Shown piece by piece: positions 37,863 through 48,426 of a DNA stretch of 64,000 nucleotides (the stretch's first letter is position 1; every line of letters starts with the position of its first letter). A program made the translations under genes and the position numbers. The stretch comes from an uncultured Chloroflexia bacterium (GTDB lineage: Bacteria > Chloroflexota > Limnocylindria > Limnocylindrales > CSP1-4): positions 704,001 through 768,000 of the forward strand of contig CAWFXA010000002.1 in NCBI GenBank assembly GCA_963819655.1, in the 5' to 3' direction. The notes below the pieces were generated by a model. That model was given only the letters and a program-made list of their open reading frames with translations, searched no databases and was not told the origin of the DNA.

Positions 37863-38810
37863 ATGCGAGCGGACCGCCTCGTCGCCACACTCCTTCTCTT
37901 GCAGGCTCGCGGGCGCGTGACTGCCGCCGACGTGGCGGCGGAGCTCGAGGTGTCGCACAAGACCGCGCGTCGTGATCTGGAGGCCCTCGCGATGGCCGGC
38001 CTGCCGGTCTACTCGCAGACGGGTCGAGGAGGCGGATGGCGATTGCTGGGCGGTGCACGCACCGACCTGAGCGGGCTTACCGCGGCCGAGGCGCGGGCGC
38101 TGTTTCTCGTAGCCGGGCCGTCATCGGCAGTCACGCCCGAGGCGAAGGCCGCGCTGCGCAAGCTCGTGCGTGCGCTGCCCGAGGCGTTCCGCCGCGACGC
38201 CGAAGCCGCTGCAGCGGCGATCGTTCTCGATCCCGACCGATGGGGCTCGATCGCGGCGCCTGTCTCGCCTCACATGCAAGACCTTCAGCGCGCGCTGATC
38301 GACGGGGTGCAGGTTCGGCTCGGATACGTGGATCAACGTGGCGCGAGCAGCGAGCGCGTCATCCATCCGCTCGGCCTCGTCGCCAAAGGCGGAGTCTGGT
38401 ATCTCGTCACCGACACCGCAGCCGGTCAGCGCACGTTCAGGGTCGGCCGCATCCGCTCAGTGGAACTCACCCATGTTCCGGCTCGCCGCCCAGAGGGCTT
38501 CGACCTGGCCGATGCCTGGCAGGCGATCGCGGCATCGATCGAGACGCGCCGTTACCGCGTACGAGCGATCGTCCAAGCGGACGGGGCCGCTGTCGCCGGC
38601 CTGCGAGAACAGTTCGGCGCGGGCCTGGAGGTCATCAGCCAGACGTCCTACGGCCGATCCGAAGTGGCGATCGGCGGCAGCTCGTGGCGGGTGGTCGCCG
38701 AACAACTTGCCGGATGGGGCAAGACCATCGACGTCGTCGGGCCGATCCAGGTCCGGCGGCGTCTTGCCAGGATCGGAGCGGAGTTGGTCGAAGCGTACGA
38801 GGGCGTCTAG
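37863..38810 (+). CDS. HTH-WYL (YafY-like) transcriptional regulator
   Basis: [17 protein letters not shown]; [24 protein letters not shown] domain. Confidence 0.92.
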   Translation: MRADRLVATLLLLQARGRVTAADVAAELEVSHKTARRDLEALAMAGLPVYSQTGRGGGWRLLGGARTDLSGLTAAEARALFLVAGPSSAVTPEAKAALRKLVRALPEAFRRDAEAAAAAIVLDPDRWGSIAAPVSPHMQDLQRALIDGVQVRLGYVDQRGASSERVIHPLGLVAKGGVWYLVTDTAAGQRTFRVGRIRSVELTHVPARRPEGFDLADAWQAIAASIETRRYRVRAIVQADGAAVAGLREQFGAGLEVISQTSYGRSEVAIGGSSWRVVAEQLAGWGKTIDVVGPIQVRRRLARIGAELVEAYEGV

Positions 38811-38889
38811 CCGGCGACCCTCATGCGAGCGCCGATCTCCCGAGCCAGGCATCCCGACAAAGTGTCGGCGATCGCGCTGTCGAAGTATC

Positions 38890-39140
38890 TGTCAAAGCCA
38901 CGCGCCGACCGCGTCGACAAAGGCTTGAGGCGCCTCCCAAGGCGGCATGTGCCCGACGTCTTCGAAGGTGTGGAAGTCCCATCCGGGTGTCGACCGCTGA
39001 TCTGGTCGATCAGCGATCGGGGGATCACCCGGTCGCTCTCGCCCATAGGAGGAGTGTTGGCGCGGCGACTCGGTCGACCGCGCTCGCCACGGTCCGCTGT
39101 TCGAGCGTCATCAGCCTGATGGCGACGTGATCGCCGTGAT
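38890..39140 (-). pseudogene. Alpha/beta hydrolase C-terminal remnant
   Basis: Across frameshifts reads APTLLLW / ESDRVIP / FEDVGHMPPWEAPQAFVDAV; boundaries approximate. Confidence 0.5.
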
Positions 39141-39733
39141 AGCAGCGTCCGAGCGCGGTCTTGCCGGACCCACTACGACGTTACCCTCCCGCGCTCCTAT
39201 CGGACGGTAGCGATTGCGGTCGCGCCACGGACGATTCCGAGGGATGCCGCGTAACCGAGCGTCGCCGCGGCAGCCATGACGACAAGGCTCGTAACGAAGT
39301 CCGGCTTACCGACCATCAGGCCGACGATGCCGAGCGCCAGGCCGAGGCGAACCCATAGGGCTCGCCGCACTGTCGGAGCCTGTAGTCGCTCGCGAATGGT
39401 GCTGGAGAGCTGTGTCTGCTCGTCGGCGATCGCGCGGTCGAGCGCCATCGTCGTGCGGCCGGTGAAGAGTCCGCTACAGCGGCCGCCCGGCCACGGCGGC
39501 CCTGGCGCGCCTTGATCGGACTCGTTCCAGTAACGAATGTCGACGAGCGGTTCTCCGCCCAGCGCCGAGATGGCCCTTGGGTTCCGGTCACCTCGACGGA
39601 CAGGAGAGCATGATTGGTCGATAATGGCCACCGCTTCAGCCCGCGGTTGAAAGGTCCTTCCCGCGCTGTCGTCGCGCTCGACCTGATGCGAGCAGTCAGG
39701 GCCGGCGACACCCAAGCCCTGGTCGCCTCCCGC

Positions 39734-41029
39734 ATGCAGACCGAGAGCCAGCCCGCCACGAACGGTCGCGTCCGCCGCGTTGGCAACGCGCCTCTTCCCA
39801 CCCGCATCGGGACATTTGATGCCGTCGCCTTCTCAGATTTGCGCAGCGGCACCGAGCCGATCGCCCTCATTCACGGCGACGTCGCCGGGCGCGACGCACC
39901 GCTTGTCAGGCTCCACTCCGAGTGCTGGACGGGCGACGTCCTGGGCTCGCTTCGATGCGACTGCGGCGAGCAACTCGGCCGCGCGCTGACCGCCATCGTC
40001 GCCGAAGGCGCGGGCGTGCTCCTCTACCTCAGACAGGAGGGTCGGGGGATCGGGCTGGCGAACAAGCTGCGGGCGTATGCACTCCAGGACCGCGGGCTCG
40101 ACACTGTCGCCGCGAACGCCGCACTCGGACTCCCGGTCGACGCCCGCGAGTACGGTGCCGCCGCCGCGATCCTCGCCGACCTGGGGCTTTATCGGGTGCG
40201 GCTCATGACAAACAACCCCGGCAAGGCCGCGGCGCTCGAAGCCCACGGTATTCGCGTCAGCGAGCGCATCCCGCTCCCGGCGCTCCCGAACCCGATCAAC
40301 CGGCCGTATCTCGAGACGAAAGCCGCCCGCCTCGGACACGTACCGCCCGGCAAGGCCACCCGGCCATCGGTCACGGTGCACTACGCCCAGACGATCGACG
40401 GGCGTCTCGCGACGCGGACCGGCGATTCGCAGTGGATCAGCGGGCAGGAGTCCCTGGTGCTGGCGCACGCGTTGCGCGCGTCCCATGCGGCCGTGCTCGT
40501 CGGCGCGGGCACTGTGGCGGCCGACGATCCGCGGCTGACCGCCCGGCTCGTCGAAGGCCCCTCGCCGGTCCGCGTCGTCCTTGACAGCCAGCTGCGCCTG
40601 TCGCCACGCGCAAGCGTCGTGACCGACGGCGCCGCACCGACGATTCTGGCGACTACCGACCTGGCGCCCGATCACCGGCGCCGGGCGTTCGCGCGCCGCG
40701 CTGTCGAGGTACTCGTCCTCCCCTCCACGCCCGACGGTCGGGTCGATCTCGGGTCGCTCCTGGACGAGCTGGGGGACAGGGGCATGGCCACCCTCCTCGT
40801 GGAGGGAGGAGCCGGCGTGATCACGGCGATGATCCGCGAACGCCGGGTGAGTCGGCTGGTCGTGTCGATCGCGCCACTGGTCCTCGGCGCGGGGATCGAG
40901 GCCGTCGGTGACCTCGACATCCTGCGGCTGCGCGACGCGCTGTCATTTCGCCGCGCGTCGTTTTCTCAGCTAGGCCCGGATGTCATCTTCGACGGCGAGC
41001 TGGAGCCCCGGAGCGAAGGTGATGCCTGA
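39734..41029 (+). CDS. ribA: GTP cyclohydrolase II (RibA) fused to RibD-type reductase domain
   Basis: VRLHSECWTGDVLGSLRCDCGEQL, QEGRGIGL, MTNNP; then YAQTIDGR..DDPRLT..LLVEGG; start uncertain. Confidence 0.9.
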   Translation: MQTESQPATNGRVRRVGNAPLPTRIGTFDAVAFSDLRSGTEPIALIHGDVAGRDAPLVRLHSECWTGDVLGSLRCDCGEQLGRALTAIVAEGAGVLLYLRQEGRGIGLANKLRAYALQDRGLDTVAANAALGLPVDAREYGAAAAILADLGLYRVRLMTNNPGKAAALEAHGIRVSERIPLPALPNPINRPYLETKAARLGHVPPGKATRPSVTVHYAQTIDGRLATRTGDSQWISGQESLVLAHALRASHAAVLVGAGTVAADDPRLTARLVEGPSPVRVVLDSQLRLSPRASVVTDGAAPTILATTDLAPDHRRRAFARRAVEVLVLPSTPDGRVDLGSLLDELGDRGMATLLVEGGAGVITAMIRERRVSRLVVSIAPLVLGAGIEAVGDLDILRLRDALSFRRASFSQLGPDVIFDGELEPRSEGDA

Positions 41030-42026
41030 GGCCGTCTGGTTCGGCGGGCCGAAACGAGTGGAGATCCGGCAGGAACCCGGCGCGCCCGTCGGACCCGACG
41101 ACGTCCGGGTCCGCTCATTGGTCTCTGGGGTGAGTGCCGGGAGCGAGCTCCTCGTCTACCGCGGCAGCGCCCCGCGCGAGATACAGCCCGATCTCCCCAC
41201 CGTCCGCGGCGACTTCGGCTTCCCCATCAAGTTCGCCTACGCGAGCGTCGGCAGCGTGATCGAGGTCGGATCGCACGTCGCCCAGCTTGCGGTCGACGAC
41301 CTCGTCTTTGTGCACCACCCGCATCAGACCGAGTTCGTCGTGCCGGCCGACGCTCCGATCCGGCTGCCCGAAGGCCTCGCCGCCGACGTCGGGGTGTTCG
41401 CCGCGAACCTCGAGACTGCGGTCACGGTGGTGCTCGACGCCCACCCTCGCCTCGGAGACGCCGTGCTCGTGACCGGCCAGGGCGTCGTTGGCCTGCTGAT
41501 CACCATGCTCCTTCGGAGGGCCGGAGCGACCTTGATCGTGACCGCGGATCTGCACGAACGCCGTCGGGCCGCATCCGCCGCCGCGGGCGCCGACCACGCA
41601 CTCGGCGTGGACGTCGACCTCATTGACGCCGTCCTCGAACTGACCGACCGGCGCGGCGTGGATGTCGCGGTCGAGGTCAGCGGGAACCCGGCTGCTCTCC
41701 AGGCCTGCATCGACGCGGCGGCGTTCGCCGGGACCGTCGTCGTCGCGTCGTGGTACGGGACTCGCGACGTCAGCCTGAGCCTCGGTGGTCGCTTCCATCG
41801 CCGGCGCCTGCGGGTCGTCAGCTCGCAAGTTTCGACGCTCGATCCGGCCCTCGCGCCACGCTGGGATCGCACGCGACGTACGGCTCTCGTGTCAGCGCTG
41901 CTCAAGGAGCTACCGCTGAACGAGCTGATCACGCACCGGTTCCCGTTGGACCAGGCGGCCGAGGCGTACGAGCTCCTCGACCGCCGCCCCGGAGAGTGCC
42001 TGCAGGTGGTGCTGGACTATGTTTGA
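41022..42026 (+). CDS. Zinc-binding alcohol dehydrogenase family protein
   Basis: SGVSAGSELLVYRG, HPHQT, GQGVVG. Confidence 0.88.
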   Translation: MPEAVWFGGPKRVEIRQEPGAPVGPDDVRVRSLVSGVSAGSELLVYRGSAPREIQPDLPTVRGDFGFPIKFAYASVGSVIEVGSHVAQLAVDDLVFVHHPHQTEFVVPADAPIRLPEGLAADVGVFAANLETAVTVVLDAHPRLGDAVLVTGQGVVGLLITMLLRRAGATLIVTADLHERRRAASAAAGADHALGVDVDLIDAVLELTDRRGVDVAVEVSGNPAALQACIDAAAFAGTVVVASWYGTRDVSLSLGGRFHRRRLRVVSSQVSTLDPALAPRWDRTRRTALVSALLKELPLNELITHRFPLDQAAEAYELLDRRPGECLQVVLDYV

Positions 42027-42408
42027 GGTTGGCGTCGCACGGACGTTCCACGCGCTGCATCAGCTCGAGGCCGAGGACCCGACCGCCAGCCACGAGCACA
42101 GTCACGACTACCGCGCCGAGGTAGTCGCGCGGGGCGAACGCCTCGACGAGGACGCCATGCTGGTCGACCTCGACCTCCTCGGGGCGGCATTGTCGGACTG
42201 CCTCGCGGAGCTCGACTCGGTCGATCTCGGAAGTCTGGCCGAATTCGCGGGCCGGAATACGACGGTCGAGACGGTCGCCGAGCACATCTGGACCCATGTC
42301 CGGGACCGCCTGCCTCGCGCGTCGGCGCTCGCCGGTCTCCGCGTCACCGTCTACGAGTCAGCTGACGCCTGGGCGTCCGTCGACCGGCCCGTCCGGAATG
42401 GGTCGTGA
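42019..42408 (+). CDS. 6-pyruvoyl-tetrahydropterin synthase (QueD-like) family
   Basis: FHALH..HSHDY, NTTVETVAEHI, VYESADAWA. Confidence 0.85.
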   Translation: MFEVGVARTFHALHQLEAEDPTASHEHSHDYRAEVVARGERLDEDAMLVDLDLLGAALSDCLAELDSVDLGSLAEFAGRNTTVETVAEHIWTHVRDRLPRASALAGLRVTVYESADAWASVDRPVRNGS

Positions 42409-42442
42409 CTCGCGCGGTCATGGCCGGCACCTGGCGCGGCTG

Positions 42443-43573
42443 TCAGGGACCTGCCCCTGGTCGCGGAGCACGCTTTTGGTGCCCTGACAACACCTCGTGG
42501 ATGATCGCGAAGAAGCGTGCCGCCGTCTCATTCCACGTCGGACGCACCGCTGCGCGGACGTGGGCGGCGTGTCCCAGTCGCTTGCGAAGCGTTGGGTCGC
42601 GGGCCAGCCACTCGATCGCGCGGCCGAGCGCCGGGACGTCGCCCACGGGCACGAGCACGCCGTCGCGGCCGTGATCTGCCAGGAAGGGCAGGTTCCCGGC
42701 CTGCCAGCCGACCACCGGGAGCCCCGCCGCCATCGCCTCTCCCCAGACGGTTCCATACGGCTCCTCGAAGCTCGGCAGCACGAAGGCGTCCACAGTTCGG
42801 TACATCAGGTGCACCCCCGCGGGGCGGATGAGGCCGTGCACCACTACTCGGTCACGAAGGTCGGCGTGCCCGATCCGCTCGTGCACACGACCGGCATACC
42901 CGCCGCGCGTCGCCGTGTCGCCGACGAGGTGGAGGGTGACGACGTCGTCGGGCAGGCCCGCGATGGCCTCCAGGAGTTCGACGATCCCCTTCCGTGGCAG
43001 CCAGTTCGCTACGCAGACGGCGGCCGTGAGGCGACCTCTTCGGAGGCTGGCCCGATCGATGCCACCGATGTCATCCTCGCCGGTCGGACCGCCGGTCGCG
43101 ACGTCCAGATCCTTGCCGGGCGGGACCACCCGGAGTCGATCACTCGGCAGACCCGCTGCCACGAGCTCGGCCGCGAGCCACTCGCTGGCGACCATCAGGA
43201 CCTTGCAGGCGCGGTACGCGCGCCAGTCAAAAGGCCTTCGGAACCGACGCTGGAAGTGGGGCGCGTCGATCCCGCCGGGCGGCTGATGCAACATGCCGAC
43301 GACGGGCGCGCGGACAAAGCCGAGCCAGAGCGCGGCAGCGCTCGCCGCGATGCTGTCGAGCACGAGAACGTCGGCGCTCCGGGTCGCACGCGCGAGCAGC
43401 CACGCCGGCCCGGCCGCCGTCGCCCAAGGCAGCGGAAGGTCGGGGATCGAGACGAACCGCATCTCGGCGCCGTGGTCCGGCGCGCGCTCCGCGAGGCGCC
43501 GGTGAAACAAGTAGCCGCCTGTCACGCGGCTCGGATCGCCGACCGTTAGGAGCGTCACCCGGGTGCGTGTCAT
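42443..43573 (-). CDS. GT4 glycosyltransferase
   Basis: TGGYLFHRR, ANWLPRKG, FVLPSFEEPYGTVWGEAMAAGLPVV. Confidence 0.9.
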   Translation of the reverse strand: MTRTRVTLLTVGDPSRVTGGYLFHRRLAERAPDHGAEMRFVSIPDLPLPWATAAGPAWLLARATRSADVLVLDSIAASAAALWLGFVRAPVVGMLHQPPGGIDAPHFQRRFRRPFDWRAYRACKVLMVASEWLAAELVAAGLPSDRLRVVPPGKDLDVATGGPTGEDDIGGIDRASLRRGRLTAAVCVANWLPRKGIVELLEAIAGLPDDVVTLHLVGDTATRGGYAGRVHERIGHADLRDRVVVHGLIRPAGVHLMYRTVDAFVLPSFEEPYGTVWGEAMAAGLPVVGWQAGNLPFLADHGRDGVLVPVGDVPALGRAIEWLARDPTLRKRLGHAAHVRAAVRPTWNETAARFFAIIHEVLSGHQKRAPRPGAGP

Positions 43574-43640
43574 TCATGTCGCTCCCACTGCGTTTGGAAG
43601 GCAGGGCCTGTTTGGCGGCGGCGAGCGGTACCCACTTCGG
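43563..43640 (+). pseudogene. N-terminal remnant of a second GT4 glycosyltransferase
   Basis: MRVIHVAPTAFGRQGLFGGGERYP is a typical GT4 start; similarity is lost before the convergent VOC gene. Confidence 0.4.
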
Positions 43641-43703
43641 CAGCGGCTTCGTGCCGACCGAGTCGATGCCGGAGCCGCTCCGCACGTTTGCCGGGCTCGG
43701 ACG

Positions 43704-44114
43704 TCAATTCCCGCCGTCGGCATCGAGCGCGCGCCAGAAGCTCAGCCAGTTTCCATGCGGGTCTGCCACCGTGAATTCGCGCTGGCCCCATGGTCGGTCG
43801 GCGATGGGGTCGACGATTTCGATCCCACCCTTCTCCAGGCGTTCGTATTGGGCATCCAGGTCCGGCGACTCGATGTACATGGCCGTTGGCCCCGGAGCTC
43901 CCATCCGTTTGGCGATGGCTTCGTTGTATGACGCCGCGTAGTAATCGGTCGGCACGCTGTCCAGCATGATCCGGGCGTCACCGAACGAGAGCGCCACATT
44001 CCCGTCCGCGGGACCGCCTCGCTCGATTGTGAAGCCGAGCCGATCTCTGTAGAACTCGGTCGCGGCAGCCATATCCGGTACTCGGATCGCCGGGACCAGA
44101 CTCGATCCACTCAC
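43704..44114 (-). CDS. VOC/glyoxalase family protein
   Basis: FYRDRLGF..DRPWGQREFTVADPHGN. Confidence 0.9.
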   Translation of the reverse strand: MSGSSLVPAIRVPDMAAATEFYRDRLGFTIERGGPADGNVALSFGDARIMLDSVPTDYYAASYNEAIAKRMGAPGPTAMYIESPDLDAQYERLEKGGIEIVDPIADRPWGQREFTVADPHGNWLSFWRALDADGGN

Positions 44115-44346
44115 CCGACCCTCCTCCCATGTTGAAGCTCATTTCGGATCCGCTGGCCCCTCAGGGCCTAGCGCGAATCTTAGGCCGTGCAGTTGGGAAG
44201 CAGCGGCAGACGAAGCGAGTTCGCCCTTCGCCCCGCATCGGAGGCCGGAGTTGACTCGCGAATATCGGTGGGTCGAACGGTCACAGGCGTGAGCGCGACC
44301 CCGGTCTTGCTGGCGGCGGATCGACGCGCGGTCTAGGGTGGACGCG

Positions 44347-45291
44347 ATGCGCAGAGCCGTCGCGGTCATAGGCGCGCCCTCCAGCATCGGTCTTCGCCCC
44401 CATGACGAGACCGGTGCGCCCCAGGAAGTGAGTCGCGGGCCCGGTGTCCTCCGGGCGGTGCGGCATGATCGAGCGGCTGCATGCCACCGACCTCGGCGAT
44501 GTGCTGCCGCCGCCCTACGAGGACTTCACGCGGCCGCCCGGCAAGGCCCGGAACGAGGCCGGAGTCGCCTCGTACGCCCGGTCGCTCGGCGAACGAATCG
44601 CAGAAAGGCTCGACGACGATCGGTTCGTCGTCGTCCTCGGCGGCGACTGCAGCATCGTGCTCGGCTGCCTGCTCGGTGCCCGCGGCGCGCGCGGGACGGT
44701 GGCGAGCCCGAGCCGGGTCGGGCTGGTGTACGTCGACGCGCACGCCGACTTCGCGAGCCCCGAGGAGTCGATGACCGGATCGGTGGCCAGCATGGGGCTG
44801 GCGCTCGCCGTTGGGCGCGGTGACTCGCCGCTCGCGAGCCTGGCCGGTCAGGAGCCCCTCGTGCTCGGGAATGATGTCGCCCTGGTCGGGCGACGGGACC
44901 AGGGCCAGTCGTACGGCCACGAGGCGCTCGCGGTCTCGGGCATCCTCGACCTGACGTGGGCGACGATCGCGCCGGGCGGGGACGCCTTCCTCCCGAACGT
45001 GCTTGACGCAGCGACGTCGACGTTCTCGAGCGGGTGGCGAGGAGCGACCTGGACGGGTTCTGGATCCTCGTCGACGCCGACGTGCTCAACCCGGAGGTCA
45101 TGCCCGCGGTCGGGTCGCCCGAGCCAGGCGGTCCGTCGATCGACGAGCTCGCAGCCCTGCTCGCCCCGCTAGTCAGCCACCCGAAGGCGCGCGGCCTGGC
45201 GCTCACGCTGTACGACCCCTCGCTCGACCCTGACAGGTCGTCCGCGGCCAGGCTGGTGGAGCTGCTCGGCGCGTCACTCGTGGGCGGCTGA
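44347..45291 (+). pseudogene. Arginase-family protein with two frameshifts (near 44460 and 45020)
   Basis: VIGAPSSIG / LGGDCS, YVDAHADF / VDADVLNP..PGG, YDPSLD are spread over three frames. Confidence 0.75.
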
Positions 45292-45295
45292 CGAC

Positions 45296-46201
45296 ATGCC
45301 CCGCCACCTTGACATCGTCGGCGCCCCGAGCAGCGCCGGCGCGTATGCACCCGGCCAGGAGCGGGCGCCCCAGGCCTTGCGCGCCGCCGGACTTCTGGCT
45401 TTCCTCGAGGAGCGAGGCATCGCCGTCAACGATCGCGGCGACGTGCCCGGCTTCCGCTGGCGGATCGACCGGGAGAACTCGCGAGCCATGAACGCCGATG
45501 CGGCCGCCGACATCGCTCGCGCGGTCGCGGACCAGGTGGCGGAGTCCTTGGCAGAGGGCTCGGCGATCCTCGTCCTCGGCGGCGACTGCACGGTCGAGCT
45601 CGGCACGGTCGCCGGGGCCACTCGGGAAACGCCAGACGCGGGGCTGGTCTACATCGACTACGACACTGACATGAACACTCCCCTGAGCGTCGAGGACGGG
45701 GCGCTCGACTGGATGGGCGTCGCTCACCTGCTAGGCGTCCCGGACACGGTTCCGATCCTGGCCGGGGTCGGTCCGCGGACGCCGATGCTGCGCCCGGACC
45801 AGGTCCTCCTGTTCGCCAATGGCAGTTCGACCGCCTTCGAGCGACGGACGATCGACGAGCTCGGGATCGAAGAGGTCCCATTTGCCCAGGTGACGGCGGA
45901 TCCGACAGCTGAAGCGCGCGCGGTCGTCAAGGGCTGGGCTCGACGCTTCGAGCATTTGCTCGTCCACGTCGACGTTGACGTCCTGGACTTCCTCGACTTC
46001 CCGATCGCCGAGGAGACGCGCCGCAACCGCGGACTTCGCTTCGAGCAGCTCGTGGCCGCGCTGCGGGAGCTCGTCGCGGCACCGAACTGGGTGGCCCTGA
46101 CGATCTGCGAGATCAACCCCGACCACGACCCCGATGGCTCTTCGATGCGCAGGCTCAGCGAGGCGATCGCGGACGTCCTAGCTGGCGCCGCTATCGAATA
46201 G
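45296..46201 (+). CDS. Arginase-family protein
   Basis: GAPSSAGAYAPGQE, LGGDCT, HVDVDVLD, EINPDHD; DYDTD replaces the canonical DAHAD. Confidence 0.88.
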   Translation: MPRHLDIVGAPSSAGAYAPGQERAPQALRAAGLLAFLEERGIAVNDRGDVPGFRWRIDRENSRAMNADAAADIARAVADQVAESLAEGSAILVLGGDCTVELGTVAGATRETPDAGLVYIDYDTDMNTPLSVEDGALDWMGVAHLLGVPDTVPILAGVGPRTPMLRPDQVLLFANGSSTAFERRTIDELGIEEVPFAQVTADPTAEARAVVKGWARRFEHLLVHVDVDVLDFLDFPIAEETRRNRGLRFEQLVAALRELVAAPNWVALTICEINPDHDPDGSSMRRLSEAIADVLAGAAIE

Positions 46202-46405
46202 CTCTCCTGGGGATGGCTCGCCTGACACCCGCGGTTTCAGACGGCGCGAGGCGTCCGATCCGAAGTTGAACACACGGCCCGTGAACGTGAAACCGGGCCT
46301 GATACTGGCGAGTGGCCAGTCGGTAGGGAGGCGGCAGCTGGCCTGGACCCATCGCGGTGATGGCACAACAGAGTTATGTTCGGCCAGGCGTCAGCGGCCC
46401 ACAGG

Positions 46406-46957
46406 CTACTCGTCGGGCGGGTCCTTGAGAGCCGGCGGTAGACCGACGAACCAATCGGCGACGGCCCGCTCGTAGGCGATGCCAAACGCGAGCGTCGCCG
46501 CCCCGTACGGGTCGCGCCCGCCGTCCGCGACGGCTTGTTCAGCGGCGTCCTGCGTCTCGTAGACGTGGAGGCGCTCCGCGTGGGCCTCGCGATGCTGGCG
46601 GATGAACGCGGCCAGGCGGTCCCGTGGGACATGGCGCCCGAAGCTGATGGCCAGCAGCAGCGGATGGCGGATCGTCTCGGCGCCCGGCGGGCGGACGACC
46701 CACTCCGCGAACGCCGCTCGGCCAGGGTCTGCCACGGCATATGGTCGACGGTCCCGCGTCCCTCGCTCACCGGCCGTGACGAGTCCCGCTTCGGCCATCC
46801 ATGCGAGCTCGCGATAGACCTGACTCTGTGTCAGCGACCAGAAGTCGCCGATGACCCGCTGGGCCGTCGATGCCAGCTCGTAGCCGGTCATGGGGCCGTC
46901 GTGGAGGAACCCGAGTAGCGATGCAGCGGTGGCGTTCAGTGGCCGTCGGTCTGTCAC
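46406..46957 (-). CDS. PadR-family transcriptional regulator
   Basis: LLGFLHDGPMTGYEL..FWSLTQSQVYREL. Confidence 0.9.
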   Translation of the reverse strand: MTDRRPLNATAASLLGFLHDGPMTGYELASTAQRVIGDFWSLTQSQVYRELAWMAEAGLVTAGERGTRDRRPYAVADPGRAAFAEWVVRPPGAETIRHPLLLAISFGRHVPRDRLAAFIRQHREAHAERLHVYETQDAAEQAVADGGRDPYGAATLAFGIAYERAVADWFVGLPPALKDPPDE

Positions 46958-46971
46958 CGATCTTGCTCCCT

Positions 46972-47035
46972 CTTGACATAACACTGTGGTAGGTCAATAG
47001 TATCCCACAAACACATGCCACAGTAGCATATCAAG
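46972..47035. promoter_or_regulatory. Divergent promoter with 18-bp imperfect inverted repeat (candidate PadR operator)
   Basis: CTTGACATAACACTGTGG (46972-46989) and CCACAGTAGCATATCAAG (47018-47035) are 14/18 complementary; contains TTGACA. Confidence 0.55.
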
Positions 47036-47045
47036 GAGCCGTGGG

Positions 47046-47801
47046 ATGAAAATCGAAGCGACACGTGGATCCGACCGCTGGCTATTCCTGATCGGTGGCG
47101 TCGCGGCGATCGCTGGATCACTGATCGGGATGGTCGGCAACCTCATCCATCCTGACACCCCGATCGGCGACCCAACCGGCGTGGCTCGGGCGATCGCCCA
47201 GAGCGAGTCCTGGTTGCCGATCCACATGGCGATCGTCCTCGGGATCGTGCTGATGTTGTTTGGTCTGGTGGCGCTCGCCTACTCGGTCCGCGGCGACCTG
47301 GCTGTCGCACTCGCACGCTTCGCTCTCGCGACGGCGATCGCCGGCGTCGCAGTCGGTCTCGTCCTCGTCATCCTCGACGGGGTGGCGGCCCGCCAGCTGG
47401 CGGAGGACTGGGCGACGGCATCCGCAGCCGAACAGGCGACCGCCCTTCGCATCCTGGCCGCCAACGAGACGATCAACTTCGCGCTGGCCAGCCTCTTCAA
47501 CCTCCTGTTCGCAGGCGTCGCATTCATCCTGTTCGGGTTCGCGGTGGCCGCGAGCGACGGCTATCCGCGTTGGCTGGGCCTGCTCGTCGTGCTCGGTGGA
47601 TTGGAGTCGATCGGCGCCGGCCTCGTCCAGGCTGAAGCTGGTGAGCCGCTCGCTGCTTCGCGGGTCCTGACGATCATCGGCCCAACGGTCATCACCGTGT
47701 GGCTGCTTGTGATGGGGATCCTCCTCGTGCGAAAGGGTTGGCGCCTCGGCGCGGCGACGTACGCGGAGCGACTCCCGATCGCCGCGGAGTCGGTGTCGTG
47801 A
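47046..47801 (+). CDS. DUF4386-like membrane protein
   Basis: Six TM segments, LIHP and YPRWLG motifs; AAGGAG RBS. Confidence 0.75.
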   Translation: MKIEATRGSDRWLFLIGGVAAIAGSLIGMVGNLIHPDTPIGDPTGVARAIAQSESWLPIHMAIVLGIVLMLFGLVALAYSVRGDLAVALARFALATAIAGVAVGLVLVILDGVAARQLAEDWATASAAEQATALRILAANETINFALASLFNLLFAGVAFILFGFAVAASDGYPRWLGLLVVLGGLESIGAGLVQAEAGEPLAASRVLTIIGPTVITVWLLVMGILLVRKGWRLGAATYAERLPIAAESVS

Positions 47802-47863
47802 TGGCACCCGAGTCGCGGCGGCTGGCCGGCATCATCCTCAGTCCGGATAGGCCCGCCGGTCAG

Positions 47864-48238
47864 CTACAGGTCGACCTGGACCTCGCCGTTGGCGACGTGG
47901 AGGGGGTAGCTGCGCACGGGGTCCTCAGCCGGACCGCGCACGACCGCACCGCTCGTGACGTCGAAGCGGCTTCCGTGGCAGGCACACTGCACCGTAGACC
48001 CGTCGAGCTTCCCATCACCCAGAGAGCAACCCCTGTGGGTGCAGGTGTCGTCGATGGCAAAGAGCGTCCCTGCCACGTTTGCGAGGGTGATCCGCGTTCC
48101 CTTGGAGCGACCGGCCCCGATCGTCCTCAGGAGCGGGATCCGGCTCCGACCGACCGCTTCGGCGCCATGCTCACGGACCTCGAACGCCCGCACATGCCCG
48201 GGCTCGACGTCGGTCGTGCGCGCAATGGTTCTCAGCAT
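47864..48238 (-). CDS. Rieske [2Fe-2S] ferredoxin
   Basis: CTHRGC..CACHGSRFD. Confidence 0.88.
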   Translation of the reverse strand: MLRTIARTTDVEPGHVRAFEVREHGAEAVGRSRIPLLRTIGAGRSKGTRITLANVAGTLFAIDDTCTHRGCSLGDGKLDGSTVQCACHGSRFDVTSGAVVRGPAEDPVRSYPLHVANGEVQVDL

Positions 48239-48426
48239 CTCTGAACCTCCTCGAAGGACCACTTTGATCTCTCGTCAGGTGTCGTGTCCACATGGGCCTC
48301 AGGTCCCGACAAGGCCCGCGCGAGCGATGGCGTCGGATCGTGCGCAGTGCTGTCGGGACCCGCAAAGACGCCGCCGATCATCGCGACCCAGCCAAGGCTG
48401 CGTGAGACTATCTCGACCGAGGCGGT

